Positions 17,075-25,527 of a stretch of 32,000 nucleotides of DNA are shown here, one piece after another. The notes beneath the pieces are model-generated. The model had not been told where the DNA came from and searched no databases. It saw only the letters and a list, made by a program, of their open reading frames with translations. The position numbers were made by a program, and so were the translations under genes. Source of the DNA: Kineococcus radiotolerans SRS30216 = ATCC BAA-149 (GTDB lineage Bacteria; Actinomycetota; Actinomycetes; Actinomycetales; Kineococcaceae); NCBI RefSeq assembly GCF_000017305.1, contig NC_009664.2, positions 1,650,001 through 1,682,000 of the forward strand. Direction: 5' to 3'. Position 1 is the first letter of the stretch, and every line of letters begins with the position of its first letter.

Positions 17075-17200
17075 AGCACCCTTCAGTTCGCGCGCCGCGG
17101 CGCGCCGTCCCCCGCGGACGGCCCGGTGGGGGCGCGTTTCCAGACCACTGTAGGGGCAGGTGTGACGTGGGTGGAAGGTCTGCGTGTCCAGAAAGTTACT

Positions 17201-17247
17201 CTCAGTGATCTAAACAGCCTGTGAACAGGCATTACGCTCAGTAGATC
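17201..17247. promoter_or_regulatory. composite element in an AT-rich spacer: direct repeat - 6 nt - 14-bp palindrome - 6 nt - direct repeat
   Basis: CTCAGTGATC (17201-17210), taaaca, GCCTGTGAACAGGC (17217-17230; 6-bp arms), attacg, CTCAGTAGATC (17237-17247). It lies in the only markedly AT-rich stretch of the window (about 49% GC over 17181-17250 by my count), upstream of the HTH gene and just after the acuC stop. Confidence 0.4.
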
Positions 17248-17257
17248 GCCGGCGGGA

Positions 17258-18442
17258 TCAGTCGAAGTCCGGGTCCAGGCCGTGCAAGGGGAAGGCGGCC
17301 CGGCGGGTGGCGAGGATCGCCCGGTCCACCGCGTCGTCGGGGTCGTACCCCGACTCCCACCCCGTGAACGTCGCGGGCTGCCCGTCCGTCATCGCCGCCG
17401 GGGCGTCGCGGCCGAAGACGTCCCGCACGTGGGCCAGCCACGGGGCGGGCACCGCGGTCCCCGGGGCGATCGGCGCGCCGGAGGCCTCCGCGACCAGGTG
17501 CGCCCACGTGCGCGGCACCACGTCGACGACCTCGTAGCCGCCGCCGCCCAGGGCCAGCCACCGGCCCCCGGCGGCGTCGTGGGCCAGGCGGTGCATCGAG
17601 GCCGCCGCCACCCGCTGCGCGTCCAGCGACACCATCAGGTGACCCAGCGGGTCCAGCGCGTGGGTGTCGCACCCGTGCTGGGTCACCAGGACGTCCGGGG
17701 CGAAGGCCGTCACCAGCTGCGGCACCACGGCGTGCACCGCCCGCAACCAGCCCGCGTCGCCGGTGCGGGCCGGCAGGGCCAGGTTGACCGCCCCGCCCAG
17801 CGCGCCCGGCCCGCCGAGCTCGTCGGCGAAGCCCGTCCCCGGGAACAGCGTCGTCCCGGACTCGTGCACGCTGATCGTCAGCACCCGCGGGTCGTCCCAG
17901 AAGACCTGCTCGGTGCCGTCGCCGTGGTGGCAGTCGAGGTCCACGTAGACGACGCGCTCGGCCCCCTCGCGCAGCATCGCCACCACCGCGGCCGCGGCGT
18001 CGTTGTAGACGCAGAACCCACTGGCGCAGCCGGGTTTCGCGTGGTGCATGCCGCCGCAGAAGTTGACCCCGTGCAGGGCGTCCCCGGCCACCAGCGCCCG
18101 GCCCAGGTCCACCGACCCCCCGACGATGCGGGCCGCCGCCTCGTGCATCCCCGGGAACGCCGGGTCGTCCTCGGTGCCGAGGCCGAAGACCTCCTGCGCC
18201 TGCCGCGGGTCGGCCGAGGCCGCCTTGACCGCGGCCACGTAGGCCGGGTCGTGGACGCTGGTGAGCAGGTCGTCGTCGGCCGGCTCGGCCGTCACCACCT
18301 GCACCCCCGGGCGGTCGAAGAGGCCGAACTCCCGGCACAGGCGGGCGGTCAGGTCCAGGCGGACCGGAGCCATCGGGTGCCAGCGCCCGAAGTCGTAGCC
18401 GTTGAACTTCGGGTCCCACACGACCCGCACCGCGTCGGTCAC
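17258..18442 (-). CDS. acuC: acetoin utilization protein AcuC / histone deacetylase-family (class I HDAC-like) deacetylase
   Basis: 394-aa ORF with GTG start: ...[21 protein letters not shown]...[24 protein letters not shown]...[29 protein letters not shown]...GGGGY. Confidence 0.9.
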   Translation of the reverse strand: MTDAVRVVWDPKFNGYDFGRWHPMAPVRLDLTARLCREFGLFDRPGVQVVTAEPADDDLLTSVHDPAYVAAVKAASADPRQAQEVFGLGTEDDPAFPGMHEAAARIVGGSVDLGRALVAGDALHGVNFCGGMHHAKPGCASGFCVYNDAAAAVVAMLREGAERVVYVDLDCHHGDGTEQVFWDDPRVLTISVHESGTTLFPGTGFADELGGPGALGGAVNLALPARTGDAGWLRAVHAVVPQLVTAFAPDVLVTQHGCDTHALDPLGHLMVSLDAQRVAAASMHRLAHDAAGGRWLALGGGGYEVVDVVPRTWAHLVAEASGAPIAPGTAVPAPWLAHVRDVFGRDAPAAMTDGQPATFTGWESGYDPDDAVDRAILATRRAAFPLHGLDPDFD

Positions 18443-18445
18443 CGC

Positions 18446-19249
18446 TCAGCTCCCCGAGAGCTGCCGGGAGCGGGCCGCGGCCGCCTCGACGGCCGCGACC
18501 AGCGCGGCCCGCACCCCCGAGTCGTCCAGCTGCCGCAGCGCGGCCGCCGTCGTCCCCGCCGGGGAGGTGACCTGCTCGCGCAGGACCGTGGGGTGCTGCC
18601 CCGTCTCGCGCAGCATCGCGCCGGCGCCCACGACGGTCTGCACGACCAGCTCGGTCGCCGTCGCGCGCGGCAGCCCCAGCAGCACCCCGGCCTCGACCAT
18701 GGCCTCCACCACGTAGAACACGTACGCGGGCCCGGAACCGCTCAGCGCCGTCACCGCGTCCAGGTGCTTCTCGGCCAGCACGACCGTGCGCCCGCACGAG
18801 CGCAGCAGGTCCTCGGCCTCGGCCAGCTGCTCGTCGCCGCAGGCCGAGCCGCCCGAGAGGCCCGCCATCCCCTCGTCGACGAGGGAGGGGGTGTTGGGCA
18901 TGACCCGCACCACGGCCGTGCCCGCGGGCAGCCGCGCCTCGATCGCCGCGGTCGTGACCCCCGCCGCGAGCGAGACCACCAGCGCGTCCGGGGCCAGGTG
19001 CCCCGCGAGGGAGTCCAGCAGCGCGAGAAGGTCCTGCGGCTTGACCGCGAGCAGGACCGTCGAGGCCCCCGCCACCGCGCCCACGTCGTCCACGACGCGG
19101 ACCCCGAACCGCTCGTGCAGCTCCCGCGCCCGCCCGGGGCGGCGGTCCACCACCAGGACGCCGCCGGGTTCGCGGCCGGCGCGCAGCAGACCGCCCAGCA
19201 GCGTCTGCCCCATCACCCCCGCCCCCACCAGGGCCAGGGTCCCGCTCAC
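18446..19249 (-). CDS. proC: pyrroline-5-carboxylate reductase
   Basis: 267-aa ORF with GTG start and GGAGGTG 5 nt upstream: [18 protein letters not shown]...[10 protein letters not shown]...[25 protein letters not shown]...[13 protein letters not shown]. Confidence 0.93.
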   Translation of the reverse strand: MSGTLALVGAGVMGQTLLGGLLRAGREPGGVLVVDRRPGRARELHERFGVRVVDDVGAVAGASTVLLAVKPQDLLALLDSLAGHLAPDALVVSLAAGVTTAAIEARLPAGTAVVRVMPNTPSLVDEGMAGLSGGSACGDEQLAEAEDLLRSCGRTVVLAEKHLDAVTALSGSGPAYVFYVVEAMVEAGVLLGLPRATATELVVQTVVGAGAMLRETGQHPTVLREQVTSPAGTTAAALRQLDDSGVRAALVAAVEAAAARSRQLSGS

Positions 19250-19327
19250 GCCGCCACCTCCGGGTCCGTCCCGGCCGCACCGGCACCGCCGGGGACCGCC
19301 TGCTCGGGTTCGCTCACGCGCGCCACG

Positions 19328-20308
19328 CTAGAACGCCACCGGCCCGGCGGCGGCCCGGACCCCGTCCGCGAGGCCGTCGCGGGAGCCGATCGCGTCCAGG
19401 CGGCGCAGGATGATGCCCTCCCGCAGCGCCCACGGGCAGACCAGCGCCTCCTCGACCCCGAGCAGCTCGAACGCGGCCTCGGCGACCAGGGCCCCGGCCA
19501 GGACCTGCGAGGCCCGCTCGGCGCTCACCCCGGCCAGCTCCGCGCGCTGCTTGACCCTCATCCCCGCCAGCCGCGGCACCCACGGCGACAGGTCCGCCCG
19601 GCGCAGCACCCGGCGCACCGCCGGCCCCTCCTCGCTGGGCGCGGCCCCGCACAGGCGGGCCAGGCTGCGGAACGTCTTGCTCGTCACCACGACGCGGTCG
19701 GGGCTGCCCGCGCGGGTCACGTCGCGGACCCGGGAGGCGATCTGCTGGCGCACGTGCTTGCGCAGGTCGCGGACGTCGCCCGCCGCGGGCGGGTCGCCGG
19801 GCAGGCGGTCGCGGGTCAGGCGCCCCGCCCCCAGCGGCAGCGAGAACGACACGTCGGGCGCCTCGTCCAGCCCGGCCGCGACCTCCAGCGACCCGCCCCC
19901 GATGTCCAGCACCAGCAGCCGCCCCGCGGACCACCCGAACCAGCGGCGGACGGCCAGGAAGGTCAGGTCGGCCTCGGCGGTGCCCGGCAGGACCTGCAGC
20001 CGCACCCCCGTGGCGCGCTCGACCTCGTCGAGGACGGCCTCGCCGTTGGTGGCCTCGCGCACGGCGCTGGTGGCGAAGGCGAGGAACTCCTCCACCCCCG
20101 CGTCCTCGGCCGCCGCCACCGCGGCCGCGACGGCGTCGACGAGCGCCGCGGTGCCGGTGTCGTCGATCGCCCCCTCGGGGGTGAGGTGCTCGGCCAGCCG
20201 CAGCACCCGCCGCAGCGAGTCCGCCGCCAGGGGCTGAGCCCCGGGGTGGGCGTCGACCACGAGGAGGTGGACCGTGTTGGAGCCCACGTCGAGAACGCCC
20301 AAGCGCAT
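19328..20308 (-). CDS. ppx: Ppx/GppA-family exopolyphosphatase
   Basis: 326-aa ORF: [20 protein letters not shown]...[12 protein letters not shown]...[10 protein letters not shown]. Actin-like ATPase motifs of the Ppx/GppA family. Divergent from an Rv0495c-like gene, as with Rv0496. Confidence 0.9.
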   Translation of the reverse strand: MRLGVLDVGSNTVHLLVVDAHPGAQPLAADSLRRVLRLAEHLTPEGAIDDTGTAALVDAVAAAVAAAEDAGVEEFLAFATSAVREATNGEAVLDEVERATGVRLQVLPGTAEADLTFLAVRRWFGWSAGRLLVLDIGGGSLEVAAGLDEAPDVSFSLPLGAGRLTRDRLPGDPPAAGDVRDLRKHVRQQIASRVRDVTRAGSPDRVVVTSKTFRSLARLCGAAPSEEGPAVRRVLRRADLSPWVPRLAGMRVKQRAELAGVSAERASQVLAGALVAEAAFELLGVEEALVCPWALREGIILRRLDAIGSRDGLADGVRAAAGPVAF

Positions 20309-20314
20309 CCCGCG

Positions 20315-20320
20315 ACCCTA
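20315..20320 (-). promoter_or_regulatory. candidate -10 box TAGGGT giving leaderless ppx mRNA
   Basis: The minus strand reads TAGGGT-cgcggg-ATG: TAnnnT exactly 6 nt before the start, with no SD. Confidence 0.45.
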
Positions 20321-20350
20321 TTGGACGCGAGGACCCGTTCCGGACGCGCT

Positions 20351-20356
20351 TACCCT
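20351..20356 (+). promoter_or_regulatory. candidate -10 box TACCCT giving a leaderless transcript of the Rv0495c-like gene
   Basis: TACCCT-gcagcg-GTG: TAnnnT exactly 6 nt before the start, with no SD. Confidence 0.45.
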
Positions 20357-20362
20357 GCAGCG

Positions 20363-21184
20363 GTGAGTGCCGAGACGCCGCTGGACAGCGCCCGCCTGTG
20401 GCTGGAGTTCCCCGACCCCGAGGACGTCGAGCGCGGCCTGGACGGCGAGCGCGGCGCGGACACCGTGTACCGCGTCGACCTGACCTGGCTGACCAGCGAC
20501 TACACCTGCATCTTCGGCAACGGCTGCCCCGGCATCTACGCCGACGCCCCCGACGTCGGCTGCTGCGCGCTGGGCGCGCACTTCACCGAGAAGGCCGACG
20601 AGAAGCGCGTCGCCAAGGTCGTGAAGCGGCTCACCCCCGAGACCTGGCAGTTCCACGCCGAGGGCCGGGCCGGGGGCTGGACCGAGCTGGAGGACGGCGC
20701 CCGCAAGACCCGCGTCCACCAGGGCGGCTGCATCCTCGCCAACCGGCCGGGGTTCGCCGCCGGCGCCGGGTGCGCGCTGCACCTGCAGGCCCTGCGCGAC
20801 GGCGTCGACCCGCTGACCTACAAGCCCGACGTCTGCTGGCAGCTGCCGCTCAAGCGCTCCTACCGGACGGTCACCCGCGGCGACGGGAGCACCTACCTCG
20901 AGGTGAGCATCGGCGAGTACGACCGCCGCGGCTGGGGCGAGGGCGGTCACGACCTCGACTGGTACTGCACCGGCAACCCCGCCGCCCACGTCGGCACCCG
21001 GCCGGTGTTCCGCAGCTGCGAGAACGAGCTGCGGGAGATGATCGGCGACCGCCCCTACGAGGAGCTCGCCCGCCACTGCGAGGCCCTCGTGGCGCGCTCG
21101 CGGGGCGGTTCCGCCCACCGCCGCCTGCTCCCCCTCACCGTCCACCCCGCCGACCGCGGGGCGCAGCGGGGACCGGTGGCGTGA
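20363..21184 (+). CDS. conserved actinobacterial Cys-rich protein (Rv0495c-like)
   Basis: In-frame GTG at 20363 at the end of the 1300-aa artefactual ORF 17282..21184. Product: [25 protein letters not shown]...[23 protein letters not shown]...GCCALGAHF...[20 protein letters not shown]...[10 protein letters not shown]...WYCTG. Family assigned by synteny (divergent from ppx) and from memory of the mycobacterial homologue. Confidence 0.75.
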   Translation: MSAETPLDSARLWLEFPDPEDVERGLDGERGADTVYRVDLTWLTSDYTCIFGNGCPGIYADAPDVGCCALGAHFTEKADEKRVAKVVKRLTPETWQFHAEGRAGGWTELEDGARKTRVHQGGCILANRPGFAAGAGCALHLQALRDGVDPLTYKPDVCWQLPLKRSYRTVTRGDGSTYLEVSIGEYDRRGWGEGGHDLDWYCTGNPAAHVGTRPVFRSCENELREMIGDRPYEELARHCEALVARSRGGSAHRRLLPLTVHPADRGAQRGPVA

Positions 21185-21879
21185 GCACGGTCGTCCCCAG
21201 CCCCAACGTCTGGAACTCCCCCGAGGTCTACGAGCTGGAGAACCTCGCCGTCGACCGCGGCGGGCTCGTCGAGGAGACGATGCGCGGGATCCACGACTGG
21301 GCGGGGCAGGACGTCCTCGACGTCGGCTGCGGGACGGGTTTCCACCTGGCCCGGTTCGCGGTGGACGCCCGGTCGGTCACCGGCGTCGAACCGCACCCGC
21401 CGCTGCTGCGCCTCGCGCGGCGACGGGTCCTCGACGCGCGCCCGGGCCCCGGAGCCGTCCGCGTCCTGCGCGGGGAGGCCGGGGCGCTGCCCCTGCCCGA
21501 CGCGAGCGTCGACGTCGTCCACGCCCGCTGGGCCTACTTCTTCGGGCCGGGTTGCGAACCGGGGCTGGCCGAGCTGGACCGGGTCGTGCGCCGCGGCGGG
21601 ACGGCCTTCGTCATCGACAACGACGCGACCCGCTCGACGTTCGGGCGCTGGTTCTCCCGCTCGCTGCCCGGCTACGACCAGGCGGCCGTGGACCGGTTCT
21701 TCGCCCGCCGCGGCTGGTCGGCCCGCCCCCTGGAGGTGGCGTGGGAGTTCGACTCCCGCGCCGACCTCGAGGCCGTGGTGCGCATCGAGTTCGCGCCCGG
21801 GCAGGCCGACGCGATCCTCGCCGAGCACCCCGGGACGAGCGTCGACTACGCCGTCGTGCTGCGGTACCGGGGGTTCTGA
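21181..21879 (+). CDS. class I SAM-dependent methyltransferase
   Basis: In-frame GTG at 21181 inside ORF 20398..21879, with a GTGA overlap with the upstream stop. Product: [23 protein letters not shown]...[11 protein letters not shown]...[10 protein letters not shown]...[13 protein letters not shown]. Contains SAM-binding motif I. Confidence 0.85.
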   Translation: MSTVVPSPNVWNSPEVYELENLAVDRGGLVEETMRGIHDWAGQDVLDVGCGTGFHLARFAVDARSVTGVEPHPPLLRLARRRVLDARPGPGAVRVLRGEAGALPLPDASVDVVHARWAYFFGPGCEPGLAELDRVVRRGGTAFVIDNDATRSTFGRWFSRSLPGYDQAAVDRFFARRGWSARPLEVAWEFDSRADLEAVVRIEFAPGQADAILAEHPGTSVDYAVVLRYRGF

Positions 21880-23627
21880 GCCTCCGCCGCGAGGTGCGCC
21901 GCGGCCTGGGCCGGCGACAGCGGCCGCGCGAACAGGTAGCCCTGGCCCCACGTGCACCCCGCCCCGCGGACCACCTCGTGCGACTGCTCGGTCTCGATCC
22001 CCTCCGCGACGGTCACCAGCCCCAGCGCCGAGCTCAGCGCGACGATCCCCGACAGCACCGCCGCGCCGGTCGCGTCGGCGCGCTCACCGCTGACGTCGTC
22101 GACGAACGACTTGTCGATCTTGAGGACGTCCACGGGCAGCCGGCGCAGGTACGACAGCGAGGAGTACCCGGTGCCGAAGTCGTCCAGGGCGATCCGCACG
22201 CCGTGCGAACGCAGCTCCTGCAACGTGTTCCGCGCCGTCGCCAGGTCCGCGACGGCCACGCTCTCGGTCACCTCCAGGCACAGCTGCCCCGGGGCCAGGC
22301 CGTGGCGGCGCAGCGCGTCGACGACGGCCGCGACCAGGCCGGGCTGCTGGAGCTGGTGCCCGGAGAGGTTGACGCTCACCTCCAGCCCCGACCGGCCCGC
22401 GGCGCGCTGCAGCTCCACCAGGGCCTCCAGCGCGCTCTCCAGCACGAAGGCGCCCAGGTCCAGGATCGTCCCGGACTCCTCGGCGACCTCCACGAACACC
22501 GACGGGGGGACGTTCCCCCGCTGCGGGTGCTGCCAACGCACCAGCGCCTCGAAGCCCACCGTCCGTCCGGCGGCGAGGTCGACCAGCGGCTGCAGGGCCA
22601 GGTGCAGCCCCCCGGTCGCCACCGCGTGGCGGAGGTCGGCGGCCAGCTCGGCGCGGTCGTGGGCGGCGTCGAGCAGCGCGCGCGAGAACGGCACCCACCG
22701 GTTCCCGCCGGCGGCCTTCGCCGCCCCCAGGGCGATGTCGGCGTGGCGGAACAGCCGCCGCCCCGCCTCCACCGCGTCCGCGCCGGCGTCCCCGCCCGGC
22801 AGCAGGGCCGTGCCCGCCGCGGCGGTGACGGCGACCGCGCGCCCCTCCACCTCCACCGGCCGCCGCGCGACGCCGACGGCCCGCTGGGCCAGGTCGGCCA
22901 GGGCGCGCGAGAGCGGCCCCTCCTGCCCGCGCAGCAGGACGGCGAACTCGTCGCCGTCGAGGCGGCCCAGCCACCCCCGGTCGCCGACGAGGGCGTCCAG
23001 GCGCTCCGCGACCGCGCGGACGACGAGGTCGCCGACGGCGTGGCCGTGCCGGTCGTTGACGGTCTTCAGCCCGTCGAGGTTCAGCAGCAGCAGCGCGCTG
23101 TCCAGCCCGTCGGTCAGGGAGCGCTCCATCACCTCCAGCAGCCGGCGCCGGTTGCCCAGGCCGGTGAGCGGGTCGTGGGTCGCGGCGTGGCGCAGCGCGT
23201 CCAGGGTGTCGTGGACCTCGGTGACGTCCTGGCAGTTCCAGACGATCCCGCCCACGCCCGGCACGCGCCGGGCGTCGCTGAAGCGCACCCGGCACCAGCG
23301 GACCTCGCCGGTGGAGCGCACCACGTAGCGGTGCTCGCTGTCGACCGACTCCGAGCCGGGGCGGCAGACCGCGGCGAACGCGGCCCGGACCCGCTCCCGG
23401 TCCTCGGGGTGGGTCCACGAGAAGGCGTCCCCACCCACCAGGGCCCACCGGTCGACCCCCCAGCGGCGGCTGAACGTCGGGGAGCAGAACGTGATGCGCC
23501 CCTCGGCGGTCGTGACCAGGACCTCGTCGCTGGCCTCGCGGGCCAGCGCCTCGTAGCTGGGCGAGACGACCGGCAGCCCCAGGGCGCGCAGCCGCTGCCC
23601 CAGCCGCAGGAGCCGCGCGGGGTTCAC
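21846..23627 (-). CDS. PAS - degenerate GGDEF - EAL protein (predicted c-di-GMP phosphodiesterase)
   Basis: 593-aa ORF with GTG start; GAGGTGG lies 4 nt upstream; GTGA overlap with the cyclase stop. The N-terminus is PAS-like. The GGDEF site reads RLDGDEF (first Gly replaced by Asp, no RxxD). The EAL signature set is intact: EALVRW, NLS, EVTES, DDFGTGYSSLSYL, KIDKSF, AEGIET, GQGY. Confidence 0.88.
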   Translation of the reverse strand: MNPARLLRLGQRLRALGLPVVSPSYEALAREASDEVLVTTAEGRITFCSPTFSRRWGVDRWALVGGDAFSWTHPEDRERVRAAFAAVCRPGSESVDSEHRYVVRSTGEVRWCRVRFSDARRVPGVGGIVWNCQDVTEVHDTLDALRHAATHDPLTGLGNRRRLLEVMERSLTDGLDSALLLLNLDGLKTVNDRHGHAVGDLVVRAVAERLDALVGDRGWLGRLDGDEFAVLLRGQEGPLSRALADLAQRAVGVARRPVEVEGRAVAVTAAAGTALLPGGDAGADAVEAGRRLFRHADIALGAAKAAGGNRWVPFSRALLDAAHDRAELAADLRHAVATGGLHLALQPLVDLAAGRTVGFEALVRWQHPQRGNVPPSVFVEVAEESGTILDLGAFVLESALEALVELQRAAGRSGLEVSVNLSGHQLQQPGLVAAVVDALRRHGLAPGQLCLEVTESVAVADLATARNTLQELRSHGVRIALDDFGTGYSSLSYLRRLPVDVLKIDKSFVDDVSGERADATGAAVLSGIVALSSALGLVTVAEGIETEQSHEVVRGAGCTWGQGYLFARPLSPAQAAAHLAAEAQNPRYRSTTA

Positions 23628-24943
23628 GGGGCCACCTCGCGCGCCTCGCGGGCCGCGGGGGCCTCGGGGGCCTCGGGGGCCTCGGGGGCCTCGGGGGCCT
23701 CGGGGGCCTCGGGGGCTCCGGGGGCTTCGTGCACGCGGTCGCGCCCGGCGTGCTTGGCGGCGTAGACGGCCGCGTCGGCGGCGGCGAAGGCCTCGTCCCA
23801 GTGGCCAAGGGCCACCCCGACGCTCACGGTGACGACGCCGGGGCCGTCCGGGCGGGCAGGGTGGGGCAGGGCGAGGGCGCGCACGGCGGCGTGCAGGCGC
23901 TCGGCCGCCGCCCGTGCGTCGGCGCGCTGCGCGGCGCGGCCCCCGGGCGCGCCGGCATCCGGGTGGAGCAGCACGACGAACTCCTCCCCGCCGGTGCGGG
24001 CCACGACGTCACCGGGACGCGAACCGGCCTCCAACGTCGCGGCGACCCCGGCCAGGCAGCGGTCGCCCTCGAGGTGGCCGAACCGGTCGTTGTAGCTCTT
24101 GAAGTGGTCGACGTCGACCACGAGGACGGCGACGGGGGTGCCGGGCGCCGGCAGCCGCTCGTGCAGGCCGCGGCGGTTGAGCAGGCCGGTCAGCTCGTCG
24201 CGGACGGCGGCGGTGGCCAGCGCGGCGATGAGCCGCTCCCGCTCCCGGGCCAGGGCCCGCTCGCGGCGCTCGGCGAGGAAGCGGGCGCGCTCGCTGGTCT
24301 CGACGTGGCCGGCCATCACGAGCCCGAAGAAGCCCGCGACGGCGACGGCGAGCAGGGCCGCGACCTGCAGCGGGACGGGGTCGGCGCCGATGAGCGCCTG
24401 CCCGTGGCCGAAGGCGGCGAGCATGGCGACGAGCCCGGCCGCGGCCTGACGCACGTCGGAGCGCAGCAGGGTGACGAAGAAGACGACGACGATGAACGAC
24501 CCGGCGAAGTAGGCCCCGCCGAGCGCGCCGGGAGCGGTGCTCTGGATGAGGACCAGCACCGCCACGACGAGGGCGGCGGCCCCGGCGAACAGCGGCCCGT
24601 CCACGCCGGAGGCCGGGTCGCGGCGCAGCCGCCACCGCCGCACCACCAGCGCCGCGAGCATGGCGGGGGTGACCACCGCCAGGCGCAGGAGCAACGACAG
24701 GAGCACGACCTGCGGGGCCAGGACGAGGTCGACGAGGACGTAGAGGTCCAGGCAGCAGATCCCGAGCAGCGCGGTGGGCACCAGGTAGCGCGAGCGCGCC
24801 GCGTTGCGGGCCGCCCGGTACTCCGGTTCCAGGTCGGGCGGGAAGGGCCTCAGACCGGCCCGCACGGCGCCCAGGGCCGCCCACCGGTCACCGCTCCGTC
24901 CTCGCACCCGGTGGTTGTCGGCCGTCCCCGGCCCCGCCCGCAC
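23624..24943 (-). CDS. integral-membrane diguanylate cyclase (GGEEF, with RxxD I-site)
   Basis: 439-aa ORF. About 5-6 predicted TM helices, then a coiled linker. GGDEF domain: DELTGLLNRRG...VDVDHFKSYNDRFGHLEGDRCL...RPGDVVARTGGEEFVVLL. C-terminal (EAP)n tail. The start codon is uncertain: GTG at 24943 as listed, with an alternative GTG about 11 codons downstream. Confidence 0.85.
   Translation of the reverse strand: MRAGPGTADNHRVRGRSGDRWAALGAVRAGLRPFPPDLEPEYRAARNAARSRYLVPTALLGICCLDLYVLVDLVLAPQVVLLSLLLRLAVVTPAMLAALVVRRWRLRRDPASGVDGPLFAGAAALVVAVLVLIQSTAPGALGGAYFAGSFIVVVFFVTLLRSDVRQAAAGLVAMLAAFGHGQALIGADPVPLQVAALLAVAVAGFFGLVMAGHVETSERARFLAERRERALARERERLIAALATAAVRDELTGLLNRRGLHERLPAPGTPVAVLVVDVDHFKSYNDRFGHLEGDRCLAGVAATLEAGSRPGDVVARTGGEEFVVLLHPDAGAPGGRAAQRADARAAAERLHAAVRALALPHPARPDGPGVVTVSVGVALGHWDEAFAAADAAVYAAKHAGRDRVHEAPGAPEAPEAPEAPEAPEAPEAPAAREAREVAP
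23657..23728 (-). repeat. 9-bp in-frame tandem repeat (plus strand gggggcctc): 6 perfect and 2 degenerate units, encoding (EAP)n
   Basis: Units counted at 23657, 23666, 23675, 23684, 23693 and 23702 (perfect), then 23711 (gggggctcc) and 23720 (gggggcttc). Protein: HEAPGAPEAPEAPEAPEAPEAPEAPAAREAREVAP. Confidence 0.9.
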
Positions 24944-25017
24944 CCCCGCTCACCCGGGCGGCGCAGCGCCCGGTCCGGACCGGTTCGCCACCTGGGTCGT
25001 CACGGAGGGTCCCCACG

Positions 25018-25398
25018 GTGGATGATGGGCCCATGAGCGCGCACGCCACCCCGCCGGTCCAGCACGAGGAACAGCGGGTCCGCGGCCCGGTCCGGCGGCT
25101 CCAGCCCAGCCGCGGGACGGTCGTGGCCCTGGGGATCTGGGTCCTCGGCCTGGTCCTGGCCGGTCTGGTGCCGATGTTCCTGCTCGGCTACAACCCCTAC
25201 GAGTCCGCGCCGAACGGCCGGATCGCCGTCGGGCTGGCCTTCACCCTCGTCGGGTCCCTGGTCATGGTGTTCTCCGCCTACCTGCTGTACCGCAAGAGCG
25301 GCAGCATCGGCGCCGCCATCCTCGCCTTCGTGCCGAGCTTCGTCTTCGCCACGTTCGGCATCCTCATGACCACCATGAAGACCCTCTACGGCGCCTGA
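25018..25398 (+). CDS. small integral membrane protein (hypothetical, 126 aa)
   Basis: GTG at 25018, with GGAGGG 8 nt upstream; an ATG at 25033 is the alternative start. Three hydrophobic helices: VVALGIWVLGLVLAGLVPMFLLG, IAVGLAFTLVGSLVMVFSAYLLY, AILAFVPSFVFATFGILMT. Good G/C bias at codon position 3. Confidence 0.7.
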   Translation: MDDGPMSAHATPPVQHEEQRVRGPVRRLQPSRGTVVALGIWVLGLVLAGLVPMFLLGYNPYESAPNGRIAVGLAFTLVGSLVMVFSAYLLYRKSGSIGAAILAFVPSFVFATFGILMTTMKTLYGA

Positions 25399-25414
25399 CC
25401 GGCCCTCCCGCTCC

Positions 25415-25454
25415 GACGCGACCCGCTCCCCGGCCCCGGGGGGCGGGTCGCGTC
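25415..25454 (+). terminator. strong GC hairpin 17 nt after the membrane-protein stop
   Basis: Perfect 12-bp arms gacgcgacccgc (25415-25426) and gcgggtcgcgtc (25443-25454). The loop extends the pairing (cccc/gggg). No U-tract. Confidence 0.5.
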
Positions 25455-25489
25455 GTCGGTGGTGGCGTCGGTGGTGGCGTCGGTGGTGG
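25454..25489. repeat. intergenic 12-bp tandem repeat x3 (cgtcggtggtgg)
   Basis: Three perfect copies at 25454, 25466 and 25478. The array starts at the last base of the hairpin (25454), 67 nt upstream of the radA start. Confidence 0.85.
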
Positions 25490-25527
25490 CGGCGGTGACG
25501 ACGCCGCTGGGGTGGCGCGGGAGGTGG

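Noticed and set aside
17090-17105. Perfect 16-bp palindrome GCGCGCCGCGGCGCGC in the 5' leader of the HTH gene.
   Set aside because: It is pure alternating GC low-complexity sequence. It could form a small leader hairpin, but such sequences arise easily in this genome and have no specific support.
17282-21184. A 1300-aa plus-strand ORF, together with similar giants: 10375..13089(+), 13019..15430(+), 9203..12595(-), 10213..13110(-), 6258..8228(-), 26329..28131(-) and 21552..23765(+).
   Set aside because: They are Arg/Gly/Pro/Asp/His-rich and run antisense or off-frame to genes with clear family signatures. Stop codons are rare at this GC content. Only their terminal segments (for example 20363..21184) are real genes in the same frame. 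Codon-position GC bias supports the genes I annotated, not these ORFs.
24970-24983. Perfect 14-bp palindrome CCGGTCCGGACCGG in the divergent spacer between the cyclase and the small membrane-protein gene.
   Set aside because: At this base composition I estimate several perfect 14-bp palindromes per 32 kb by chance, of the order of nine. It matches no operator I know. It is worth a glance only if the motif recurs genome-wide.
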